DNA of 64,000 bases from Syntrophales bacterium (lineage in GTDB: Bacteria > Desulfobacterota > Syntrophia > Syntrophales > UBA2210): contig CAXXKT010000001.1 of the NCBI GenBank assembly GCA_963662405.2, positions 2,560,001 to 2,624,000 on the forward strand, read 5' to 3'. The notes beneath the pieces were generated by a model. The model ran no database searches. It was given only the letters and a program-made list of their open reading frames with translations, and was not told the origin of the DNA. Shown piece by piece: positions 41,606 to 50,533 of the stretch. The position numbers and the translations under genes were made by a program. Position 1 is the first letter of the stretch, and every line of letters starts with the position of its first letter.

Positions 41606-43673
41606 CCTTTTTCGCCGTAGCGATGACCTTTTCCTGCAGGTGCGCGGGGACCTCCTCGTAGTGGGAGATCTCGTAGGAAAAGGTCCCTCTCCCGCTGGTG
41701 ATCGATGTCAGATCCGGTGCATATGAGAGGATCTCGGCCAGGGGGACCTGACCCTTGACGACCTGATTGTTCCCCTCTTTGTCCATCCCCAGCACACGAC
41801 CCCGCCTGCTGTTGAGGTCACCGATCACATCCCCCATATACTCATCGGGAATTTCAATTTTGATCGTGACAATCGGTTCCAGGAGGGTGGGCTGACATTC
41901 CTGGAAACCCTTCTTGAATCCCATGGACCCGGCGATCTTGAAGGCCATCTCGGACGAGTCGACGGTATGGTACGATCCATCGACAAGGGCAACCTTGAGG
42001 TCGACGATGGGGTACCCGGCCAGGATCCCTTCCGCCATCGCCTCGATGATCCCCTTTTCCACCGCCGGTATATACGTCTTGGGAACGACACCGCCGACGA
42101 TTGCATCAACAAACTCGAACCCGCCGCCGCTGGGAAGGGGTTCTATCTCGAGCCAGGTGTCGCCGTACTGCCCTTTCCCACCCGATTGTTTTTTGTACTT
42201 GCCCTGTACCCGGGTCTTCCCCTTGATCGTTTCGCGATAGGGGACCTTCGGCTGCTTGAGGTTTACGTCAACGCCGAACTTCCTCTTCAGCTTTTCTACG
42301 GTAATATCGATATGAACCTGTCCCACACCGGAAAGGATGGTTTCACCCGTCTCGGGGTCACGGCGGATTGCCAGGGTCTGGTCCTCGTCGATCAATCGAT
42401 TCAGGGAGGCGTGTACCTTCTCTTCATCCCCTTTGTTCTTTGCCTCGACCGCGTAATGGACCACCGGATTGATCAGCGGAACCCGCTCATAGATGATCGG
42501 CGCCTTCGGATCGCACATCGTATCGCCGGTGGATGTCTCTTTCAGCTTGGCAAGGGCGGCGATATCGCCGGGGACAAGTGAATCTACCGGGACCTGGTTT
42601 TTCCCTTCCAGGTAGAAGATAGCCCCACATTTCTCATTCAGGTCCTTTGATGCATTATGGAAGAGAAAATCTGATTTCAGGGTCCCCGAAAAGACACGGA
42701 ACAAGGTAAGCTTTCCCGCGTAGGGATCGGCGATCGTCTTGAATACCATGGCCGAGAAGGGGGCGTTTTCATCGGGGGATCGATCCTCTTTCTCGTCGGT
42801 GTTGGGCCTCGTTCCGGTGACGGTTCCCCGGTCTACCGGAGAAGGAAGAAAATTGACGGTAGCGTCCATGACGGGAGCAATCCCGGTATTGGTCAAGGCA
42901 GAACCGCAGATAACGGGGACCAAATCACCCGAGATGACCCCCTTGCGAAGTCCGGCCTTGATATCGACGACAGACAGCTCCCCCTCTTCAAGATACTTGT
43001 CCATCAAAGTTTCGTCGCACTCGGCAATGTCTTCAACCATCGTCTCACGGGCCGCCTCGGCACTATCCAGGAGATCGCCCGGGATGTCCTCCTTCTTGGG
43101 CTTCCCTTTAGGATCATCAAAGAGGAGGGCCTTCATGTCGATCAGGTCGATCAGACCTTTAAACGATTCTTCCATCCCGATCGGGAGGTAACAGACGGTC
43201 GCCTTTGCCCCCAGCTTGTTGTTGATATCATCAACCGTCTTGGCAAAATCGGCGCGTTCCCGATCCATCTTGCTGATATAGATCATGCGGGGAAGCGAAA
43301 GCTCATCGGCATAGCTCCACACCTTCTCCGTCTGGAACTCGACCCCGCCTACGGCGTCCACCACGACAATCACACTGTCGGCGACGCGCATACTGTACTT
43401 GGTATCCATAAAAAAGTTGGCATCCCCGGGGGTGTCAATGATGTTGACCCGGTGCTTGTTCCATTCGAAGAAGTTTACCGCTGAGCTGATCGAAATGTGT
43501 CTCTTCTGCTCTTCCGGTTCAAAATCGAGCGAAGAGGTGCCCTCATCGACTCTCCCCGGTTTGTCCGATTTCCCGGCGATAAAGAGGCACGACTCGCAAA
43601 GGGATGTTTTTCCTGTTCCCCCGTGGCCTGCAATTGCGATATTTCTAAGAGATATAGAATCGTATTTTGCCAT
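41595..43673 (-). CDS. fusA: Elongation factor G paralogue (EF-G2-like)
   Basis: Full EF-G domain series (KKQSGGKGQYG, DGSYH.VDSSEMAF) with variant G motifs GHGGTGKT, DTPGD, SKMD; not in an rpsL-rpsG operon. Confidence 0.9.
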   Translation of the reverse strand: MAKYDSISLRNIAIAGHGGTGKTSLCESCLFIAGKSDKPGRVDEGTSSLDFEPEEQKRHISISSAVNFFEWNKHRVNIIDTPGDANFFMDTKYSMRVADSVIVVVDAVGGVEFQTEKVWSYADELSLPRMIYISKMDRERADFAKTVDDINNKLGAKATVCYLPIGMEESFKGLIDLIDMKALLFDDPKGKPKKEDIPGDLLDSAEAARETMVEDIAECDETLMDKYLEEGELSVVDIKAGLRKGVISGDLVPVICGSALTNTGIAPVMDATVNFLPSPVDRGTVTGTRPNTDEKEDRSPDENAPFSAMVFKTIADPYAGKLTLFRVFSGTLKSDFLFHNASKDLNEKCGAIFYLEGKNQVPVDSLVPGDIAALAKLKETSTGDTMCDPKAPIIYERVPLINPVVHYAVEAKNKGDEEKVHASLNRLIDEDQTLAIRRDPETGETILSGVGQVHIDITVEKLKRKFGVDVNLKQPKVPYRETIKGKTRVQGKYKKQSGGKGQYGDTWLEIEPLPSGGGFEFVDAIVGGVVPKTYIPAVEKGIIEAMAEGILAGYPIVDLKVALVDGSYHTVDSSEMAFKIAGSMGFKKGFQECQPTLLEPIVTIKIEIPDEYMGDVIGDLNSRRGRVLGMDKEGNNQVVKGQVPLAEILSYAPDLTSITSGRGTFSYEISHYEEVPAHLQEKVIATAKKDEE

Positions 43674-43866
43674 AATGCTCCCTTCCTGTAACTGTCACTG
43701 AGGTTATAACCTCGCACGCTTAGCGTATTCCGTCCTGCAATGTCAAGACAATTTTCTCTTTTCAGGGGGAGGGAAGGGATGATTTGATTGACCGTTTATC
43801 CAAACTGTGATATGTATTCTTTTTTTTGGAATACAGTTTTCGGAAGAGGAGAGGCGTGGGGAAAAG

Positions 43867-44355
43867 ATGTCTATGTTTAAGGTGGGAGATATGGCTGTAT
43901 ATCCGGCACATGGAGTGGGGGTTATCGAGGCTATAGAAACCAGGGAAGTGATGGGAAACGAACAACCCTTCTACGTTATGAAGATTTTAGGTAATAACGC
44001 GACGATCATGATACCGCAGGATAGCGCACAGTTCGTTGGCTTGAGGGATATTATCGCCGAAGATGAAATTCCAATAGTCTACAACATATTGAAAGAAAAG
44101 AGTGCGGTACTTGATAAACAGACCTGGAATAAACGTTACAAAGAGTACTGGGAAAAGATCAAAACAGGTTCCGTATATGAAATCGCGGAGGTATTGCGAG
44201 ACCTTTTTACCCTTAAGTCCGACAAGGATCTGTCGTTCGGCGAGCGGAAGATGATGGATACGGCAAAGAGCCTGCTCATACGGGAGATATCCATAGCGGG
44301 CGATTGTGAGGAGACAGAGGTGGAAAAGAACCTGAATGCCATATTTGCTGCGTAA
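43867..44355 (+). CDS. carD: CarD/CdnL family transcription factor
   Basis: FKVGDMAVYPAHGVG, WNKRY, LSFGERKM. Confidence 0.93.
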   Translation: MSMFKVGDMAVYPAHGVGVIEAIETREVMGNEQPFYVMKILGNNATIMIPQDSAQFVGLRDIIAEDEIPIVYNILKEKSAVLDKQTWNKRYKEYWEKIKTGSVYEIAEVLRDLFTLKSDKDLSFGERKMMDTAKSLLIREISIAGDCEETEVEKNLNAIFAA

Positions 44356-44413
44356 TATCTTTTTTTACTCCCTTCGCTGAAGGCATGACACGCATACCCG
44401 ATGGAGGTGATCT

Positions 44414-45442
44414 TTGATTATAAGGCTTCTACTTATTGGGGCCTGTTCTGTGAGTGGTTATCTTATTGCTTTACAATATTACTCGTTTCCGTTTTCATTG
44501 ATAGGATTGGTACTAGGACTTTTTCTTTCCATCTTTGTAATCCAGACAGAGCAGGCGATACGAAAACTTTCACTCAGGGTTATCTTCGGAGGTGTCATCG
44601 GGACGCTGATCGGGCTCCTGATCGCCTTTCTCTTGACCTGTGGGCTGAAGGTGATGCCCGGTTTTGAGAAACATGAAGTAATCCCGTGGGGGTATATTTA
44701 CGTTATCATTACCTTTATCCTGGGGTATCTCGGCTTGGTCCTCGGTTCGAAAAAGAGTGAGGATTTTGCATTTCCCCGTTCCATCGATCCCGGGGATAAC
44801 GACGTACTGCCGCCGGATTATCGTATCCTGGATACCAGCGTCATTATCGACGGCCGGATGGCGGATATCTGTGATACCGGTTTTATCGAAGGCGCCCTGA
44901 TTGTTCCCCGCTTTGTCCTGGACGAGTTGCAACTGATAGCCGATTCCTCCGATCATATGAAGCGCTCTCGGGGAAGACGAGGGTTGGATATCCTCAACCG
45001 GATGCAGAAGAGTGACGACATCAAGATTGAGATTGTCGACATCGATTTTCCCAAGGTCAAGGGCGTCGATTCAAAGCTGGTGGCCCTGGCCAAGGAAAAG
45101 GGGGGAAAAATCGTGACCAACGACTACAATCTGAATAAGGTCGCTGAATTGCAAGGCATAAAGATTCTCAATATCAACGAGCTTGCAAATGCCCTGAAGC
45201 CGCTTGTTCTCCCCGGTGAGGCCATGACCGTCCGGATTATCAAGGAGGGAAAAGAGGCCGGGCAGGGTTTGGCCTATCTCGATGACGGCACCATGGTAGT
45301 TGTCGACAATGGGACCAGACACATTGGAAAGAGCGTCGAGGTCGTGGTCACCAGTGTTCTCCAGACGGCGGCGGGCCGCATGATCTTTTCCGGCCTCAAA
45401 GCGGATGAACGGAACGGCGAACGGTCGACCGTCACAAAGTAG
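44414..45442 (+). CDS. PIN/TRAM domain membrane protein (YacL-like)
   Basis: LDTSVIIDGR, RGRRGLDIL, TNDYNLNKVA, YLDDGTMVVV, QTAAGRMIF. Confidence 0.93.
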   Translation: MIIRLLLIGACSVSGYLIALQYYSFPFSLIGLVLGLFLSIFVIQTEQAIRKLSLRVIFGGVIGTLIGLLIAFLLTCGLKVMPGFEKHEVIPWGYIYVIITFILGYLGLVLGSKKSEDFAFPRSIDPGDNDVLPPDYRILDTSVIIDGRMADICDTGFIEGALIVPRFVLDELQLIADSSDHMKRSRGRRGLDILNRMQKSDDIKIEIVDIDFPKVKGVDSKLVALAKEKGGKIVTNDYNLNKVAELQGIKILNINELANALKPLVLPGEAMTVRIIKEGKEAGQGLAYLDDGTMVVVDNGTRHIGKSVEVVVTSVLQTAAGRMIFSGLKADERNGERSTVTK

Positions 45443-45492
45443 ACGTGATACCCTCCGAACCCAGAACAAGACTTTGGCGTGCGTGAATAACG

Positions 45493-46194
45493 ATGGTGAT
45501 GGCTGCCGCAATTATCGTCGCCGGCGGTTCCGGAAAACGGATGCCGGGTGACCGTCCCAAACAGTATCTCTCTCTGGCCGACGTCCCCATTTTGGCCCGG
45601 ACCCTGATCACCTTCGAAAAGACCCCATCGGTAGGCAGAATCATCGTTGTCGCCCCCCAAAGAGACATCAGCTATGTGCGTGACCAGATCATCGGGACAT
45701 ATCATATCGTCAAGGCTCGCCGGATTCTGGCCGGTGGCGGGGAACGGCAGGATTCCGTGCGCAACGGGCTGAAGATGATCGACGACAGGGATGATGTCGT
45801 TCTTATCCACGACGGCGTCAGGCCCCTTGTCACACGGGACCTGATAGAACGCTCCATCCGCGAGGCCGAGCGAAGCGGTGCGGTGATCCCGGTTATACCT
45901 GTTACGGATACGGTCAAGATGGTCGATGAAAGGGGCGTTGTATCGAATACGCCGGACCGGAACGGCCTGCGGCTGGTCCAGACGCCTCAGGCATTCAGGA
46001 GAGAGATTATCCTTGATGCGTACGAACGAGCGTATCAAGAGGGTTATTACGGCACGGATGACGCCTCTCTGGTGGAACGGATGGGCGGACCGGTCCGGAC
46101 GATCCAGGGCATACCATATAATATCAAGATTACCACTCAGGAAGACCTTGTCTTTGCGGAGTGGTTCCTGAAGAAGCGTGAGCCGGAAAGATGA
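45493..46194 (+). CDS. ispD: 2-C-methyl-D-erythritol 4-phosphate cytidylyltransferase
   Basis: AGGSGKRM...PKQY, RQDSV, IHDGVRP, QTPQAF, NIKITT. Confidence 0.96.
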   Translation: MVMAAAIIVAGGSGKRMPGDRPKQYLSLADVPILARTLITFEKTPSVGRIIVVAPQRDISYVRDQIIGTYHIVKARRILAGGGERQDSVRNGLKMIDDRDDVVLIHDGVRPLVTRDLIERSIREAERSGAVIPVIPVTDTVKMVDERGVVSNTPDRNGLRLVQTPQAFRREIILDAYERAYQEGYYGTDDASLVERMGGPVRTIQGIPYNIKITTQEDLVFAEWFLKKREPER

Positions 46195-46682
46195 AAATCG
46201 GATTCGGGTATGACAGCCATCGGTTGGTTGAAGAGCGGCGACTGATCCTGGGAGGAGTGGCCATTCCCTTTAACCGGGGACTCCTCGGTCACTCGGATGC
46301 GGATGTGCTGCTTCACGCCCTTTGCGATGCCATCCTCGGTGCCATTGGTGAAGGCGATATCGGGAGACATTTCCCGGATACCGATCCCGCCTACAAGGGT
46401 ATCTCCAGCAGGGTCCTGCTTGCCAAGGTCAGAGAGTTGGCTGTCCGGAAGGGCTATTCCCTCAATAACGTTGATGCCACCGTTGTCCTGGAGAGACCGC
46501 GATTGAAGGAATTTATCCCCGCCATGGTTTTGAATATCGCCGAGTCGCTGCGGATAGATCCGAAACTCGTGAACGTAAAGGCATCGACCAATGAGGGCAT
46601 GGGCTTTATCGGGAGGGGTGAGGGGATTGCAGCCTTTGCGGTGGTAACCATGAAGGCCGCCGAATCTATATATCACACGTAA
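46191..46682 (+). CDS. ispF: 2-C-methyl-D-erythritol 2,4-cyclodiphosphate synthase
   Basis: GYDSH, GHSDADVLLHA, GDIGRHFPD, NVKAST.E. Confidence 0.96.
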   Translation: MKIGFGYDSHRLVEERRLILGGVAIPFNRGLLGHSDADVLLHALCDAILGAIGEGDIGRHFPDTDPAYKGISSRVLLAKVRELAVRKGYSLNNVDATVVLERPRLKEFIPAMVLNIAESLRIDPKLVNVKASTNEGMGFIGRGEGIAAFAVVTMKAAESIYHT

Positions 46683-46727
46683 CCTGAACAGGTACGGAGA
46701 ATTCCCGTGGCTCGAGAAGTTTCGATC

Positions 46728-46763
46728 TTGACCGTCTGGTGTGAGGGGTATATAAGCCCCTCA
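46728..46763 (+). promoter_or_regulatory. Sigma70-like promoter of pgk with an inverted repeat around the -10 box
   Basis: TTGACC-N17-TATAAG; TGAGGGG (46742-46748) and CCCCTCA (46757-46763). Confidence 0.55.
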
Positions 46764-46789
46764 AAACCGTCTGCAGAATGGAGGAGCCA

Positions 46790-47989
46790 ATGAAATACAT
46801 ACAGGATATCGATATTAAAGGGAAAAAGGTGCTGTGCCGGTTTGATTTGAACGTTCCGTTGGATGAGGATCTGAATGTTACCGATGACCGCAGGATCAAG
46901 GCGGTTCTTCCCACTATCAACTACGCGCTGGACGAGGATGCAAAGGTGATCATCATCGCCCACCTCGGCAGACCGAAGGGACAGCGGGTGGAGAACCTCA
47001 GTCTCGCCCCTGTGGCCAAAAGGCTTTCCCGTCTCCTGGGAAAAGAGGTTGCTCTGGCGAGGGACTGTGTCGGTGACGAAGTGGAACGGCTGATTCGTAA
47101 CATGGAACCCCGTGGCGTCCTCATGCTGGAAAATCTGCGATTTCATAAAGAGGAGACGGATAACGACAGTGACTTCGCGAAACGGCTCTCCCAACATGCC
47201 GATGTCTACGTTGATGATGCCTTCGGCAATGCCCACCGATCGCATGCCTCCAATGTGGGGATCACAAAATATGCGAAGGTCTGTTGCGCCGGTTTTCTGA
47301 TGAAGAAGGAGCTGAACTATTTCAGTACCACCCTGGAAGATCCCTATCGCCCCTTCGTTGCTATTGTTGGCGGGTTGAAGGTGTCGGGGAAGCTGGAGGC
47401 ACTTGCCAATCTCATCAAGAGGGTGGACAAGATGATCGTCGGCGGGGGGATGGCGTTTACCTTCCTCAAGGCGATGGGGTACGAAGTGGGGACCTCGATT
47501 GTCGAAGATAACCTGCTCAGCACAGCGCGGCGGAGTATCAAGGTTGCCAAGGAAAATGGCGTCAAGTTGTACTTCCCCGTTGATTGCGTGATCGCCGAGA
47601 AGGCCGATCCGAAGGCGGTGACAAAGATCGTCCCGATCCAGGAAATCGACCCGAATTGGATGGGACTTGATATCGGTCCCGCGACGATCGCCCTGTTCCG
47701 TGAAGTCATCAGCAACGCGAAGACGATTATGTGGAACGGTCCCATGGGGGTCTTTGAAATCGATGCATTCAGTATGGGGACCTTCTCCCTGGTCCATGCC
47801 GTCGCACAGTCTCATGCGTTGACCATCGTCGGCGGGGGAGATACGGATCTCGCGGTCCACCGGACGGGGGAGAGTGATTACATCACCTACATATCCACCG
47901 GGGGCGGGGCATCCCTGGAGCTTCTGGAAGGGAAAAAACTCCCGGCGGTCGAGGCACTGTTCAAGTGCGAAAAGAAGATGAAAAAATAA
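46790..47989 (+). CDS. pgk: Phosphoglycerate kinase
   Basis: DLNVP, HLGRPKG, LENLRF, DAFG.AHR.HAS, WNGPMG, GGGD, STGGGASLE. Confidence 0.97.
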   Translation: MKYIQDIDIKGKKVLCRFDLNVPLDEDLNVTDDRRIKAVLPTINYALDEDAKVIIIAHLGRPKGQRVENLSLAPVAKRLSRLLGKEVALARDCVGDEVERLIRNMEPRGVLMLENLRFHKEETDNDSDFAKRLSQHADVYVDDAFGNAHRSHASNVGITKYAKVCCAGFLMKKELNYFSTTLEDPYRPFVAIVGGLKVSGKLEALANLIKRVDKMIVGGGMAFTFLKAMGYEVGTSIVEDNLLSTARRSIKVAKENGVKLYFPVDCVIAEKADPKAVTKIVPIQEIDPNWMGLDIGPATIALFREVISNAKTIMWNGPMGVFEIDAFSMGTFSLVHAVAQSHALTIVGGGDTDLAVHRTGESDYITYISTGGGASLELLEGKKLPAVEALFKCEKKMKK

Positions 47990-47996
47990 GGTCCCT

Positions 47997-48737
47997 GTGC
48001 GCATGAGAAATATCATGCTTGTCTGTGAATATGACGGAATTGCTTACCACGGCTGGCAGATACAGCCCAACGGTATCAGTATCCAGGAGGTGCTCGAAGA
48101 GAAGATCGGCATGATCATACAGGAGAAGGTGCGACTGGCGGCTTCGGGGCGAACGGACGCCGGTGTTCATGCCCTCAATCAGGTGGCGAACTTTCGAACG
48201 AAGTCTCACCTTAATTGCGAGAATCTCCTCCGTGGGATCAACAGTCTCCTCCCGGCGGATATCGCCGTCAAGGTCCTCCGAGACGTGGCAGACGATTTTC
48301 ATGCACGGTACAGCGCCACAAGCAAGATGTACGTATACCACATCCTCAACGGTCCCGTCAGGAGTGCCCTCCAAAGGAACTATTCCTGGCACGTGCGCGC
48401 TCCCCTTGACGTGGCCGCAATGCGGGAAGCGGCACAGGTCTTGAAGGGAACCCACGATTTTACATCATTCTGCGCCGCCGGAGGGGATGCCCGTGATCAC
48501 GTCCGGACGGTGACGGATCTGTCCCTGGAGATGATCGACGGGATGATGATTTTTGCGATAGAGGCGAACGGTTTTCTCCGGTACATGGTGCGAAACATCG
48601 TCGGTCTTCTTGTTGATGTGGGGAAAGGAACCCGTACTCCCCCTGATTTCGAAGAAGTTTTAGCAGCCAGGGACAGAAAGAGGGCCGGAATCACGGCCCC
48701 TCCGCAGGGGTTGTTCCTCAAGGAGGTCAGATATTGA
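47997..48737 (+). CDS. truA: tRNA pseudouridine(38-40) synthase
   Basis: YDG..YHGWQ.Q, GRTDAGVHA, GFLRYMVR, APPQGL.L. Confidence 0.96.
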   Translation: MRMRNIMLVCEYDGIAYHGWQIQPNGISIQEVLEEKIGMIIQEKVRLAASGRTDAGVHALNQVANFRTKSHLNCENLLRGINSLLPADIAVKVLRDVADDFHARYSATSKMYVYHILNGPVRSALQRNYSWHVRAPLDVAAMREAAQVLKGTHDFTSFCAAGGDARDHVRTVTDLSLEMIDGMMIFAIEANGFLRYMVRNIVGLLVDVGKGTRTPPDFEEVLAARDRKRAGITAPPQGLFLKEVRY

Positions 48738-49579
48738 TGAAGATACTGGTATTGGGATGCAACGGGATGCTGGGGCATGATTTGATGGCTGAATTCGGCG
48801 GGGTGCACGACGTTACCGGGAAAGACATCGAAGATTTCGATATCACCTCACCTGCGGATTGTCGAGACCTTATCGGACAGGCGAAGGCTGATATTGTCGT
48901 CAATGCGGCAGCATACACCAATGTCGACGGCTGCGAGGCGGACGAAGCCGGATCTTTGGCCGTCAACGCCGCCGGGGTAAAGAACGTGGCTAAGGCCTGC
49001 CGGGAGTATGAGGCTCAGCTGGTTCACTTCAGCACCGACTATGTCTTCGATGGAACAAAGGACTCCCCCTATCTTGAAGACGATCCCTGCAACCCCGTCA
49101 GTGCCTATGGAAGAGGCAAACTGATGGGAGAGGAATATCTCAGAAAGATAACGGACAACTATCTGATCATACGGACCGCATGGTTGTACGGGAGGCATGG
49201 AAAAAACTTTGTCGCGGCGATAGTGCAAAGAGCCGAGGAAACGGGAAGGCTGGAGGTCGTCGATGACCAGACCGGTTCCCCCACCTATACCGTGGACCTG
49301 GCGGCGGCGGTGCGGATTCTGATCGAGGGAGACCATCGAGGTATCTTCCACGTCACCAACCGCGGGTCTTGCACGTGGTTCGAATTTGCCAAAAAGATAA
49401 TCGAATACAAGGGGATGAATGATGTCAGTATCACCCCAATCCGGTCGGCACAGCTCGACAGGGCTGCGCACCGCCCGTCGTATTCCGTTTTCAGCTGCCG
49501 GAAATTCGCCGACGTGACTTCCCGGACGATGCGGTTCTGGCAGATAGCGCTGAAGGATTATATTGCCCGGATGAGCTGA
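48737..49579 (+). CDS. rfbD: dTDP-4-dehydrorhamnose reductase
   Basis: GCNGMLG, NAAAYTNVD, STDYVFDG, YGRGK, DQTGSPT. Confidence 0.93.
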   Translation: MKILVLGCNGMLGHDLMAEFGGVHDVTGKDIEDFDITSPADCRDLIGQAKADIVVNAAAYTNVDGCEADEAGSLAVNAAGVKNVAKACREYEAQLVHFSTDYVFDGTKDSPYLEDDPCNPVSAYGRGKLMGEEYLRKITDNYLIIRTAWLYGRHGKNFVAAIVQRAEETGRLEVVDDQTGSPTYTVDLAAAVRILIEGDHRGIFHVTNRGSCTWFEFAKKIIEYKGMNDVSITPIRSAQLDRAAHRPSYSVFSCRKFADVTSRTMRFWQIALKDYIARMS

Positions 49580-49589
49580 AGGGGCGACG

Positions 49590-50390
49590 ATGACTGCTCC
49601 GCTCGGAAACAACCTCGGGAGAGTACATCCCATACCGAATACGGGTTTTGCCCGGGCCTATCTCATCGAGGGCAAGGAAGGACTCCTGGCCGTTGATGTG
49701 GGGAGCGTCGGGTGCGCGAAGGATATCGCCGATTATGTCACTCGTGTCATGAAGCGGCCCTTGGACGATCTGCTCTACATTACCGCGACACACTTCCACA
49801 TAGACCATATCGGGGGGATTGGTCACCTCCTCGCGATCTGTCCGCCGCGGACGCGGGTCCTATTCCACGCCCTGGTGAACGATTACCTGACGGGGGGAAA
49901 AAAGATATCCTTGATCAGGAACTGGCTGGTGGGTCTTACCCCGGCGACGGTGGTGAGCACCCGTTATCTCAGAAGACTTTCGCACCTGATCGTTGAGAGC
50001 CTGACGGGGATCCCCCTCCCGGGGCTGAGGTCGATCATACGGTTCCCCGTCGGCCCCGACAGGATCGATTATTTCGGAGGCGAGGGGGAACGGATCTCCT
50101 CTCTGAATGATTTCGGCTTCGAGGGGTGGGAGACATTGCTGACCCCCGGTCATACGGAAGATTCCCTCTGTTTCTTCAACAAGGCGACGGGTGAGCTGCT
50201 GTCGGGAGACCTGATCATCAATATATCGAAGGACGGGAGGGGTGAACTGAACCGTTTTCACTGGCGGGGAGACCTGATCAGGAAATCGTATGTCTCCCTG
50301 CGCGGCACCATCGACCCGGCGATTATCTATCCCGGCCACGGCGAGGTGATAACCGGGGCCGATCCCCTCCTGCACGTCAAGACCTTCTAG
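49590..50390 (+). CDS. MBL-fold metallo-hydrolase
   Basis: THFHIDHIGG, TPGHT, SGD, YPGHG. Confidence 0.85.
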   Translation: MTAPLGNNLGRVHPIPNTGFARAYLIEGKEGLLAVDVGSVGCAKDIADYVTRVMKRPLDDLLYITATHFHIDHIGGIGHLLAICPPRTRVLFHALVNDYLTGGKKISLIRNWLVGLTPATVVSTRYLRRLSHLIVESLTGIPLPGLRSIIRFPVGPDRIDYFGGEGERISSLNDFGFEGWETLLTPGHTEDSLCFFNKATGELLSGDLIINISKDGRGELNRFHWRGDLIRKSYVSLRGTIDPAIIYPGHGEVITGADPLLHVKTF

Positions 50391-50533
50391 CCCTGCCACC
50401 GGGTGCGGTGCGGTATGGCCGTATCTGTTTCTGATCGAGGCGAAGATCTCCCTGAAGCGGCACTTTTTTACTTTTTCCCTTGATCTTTTCGTGGTATCCG
50501 TTGTGTCTCAGAGTCAGGAGAGAGGAGCTGCGC

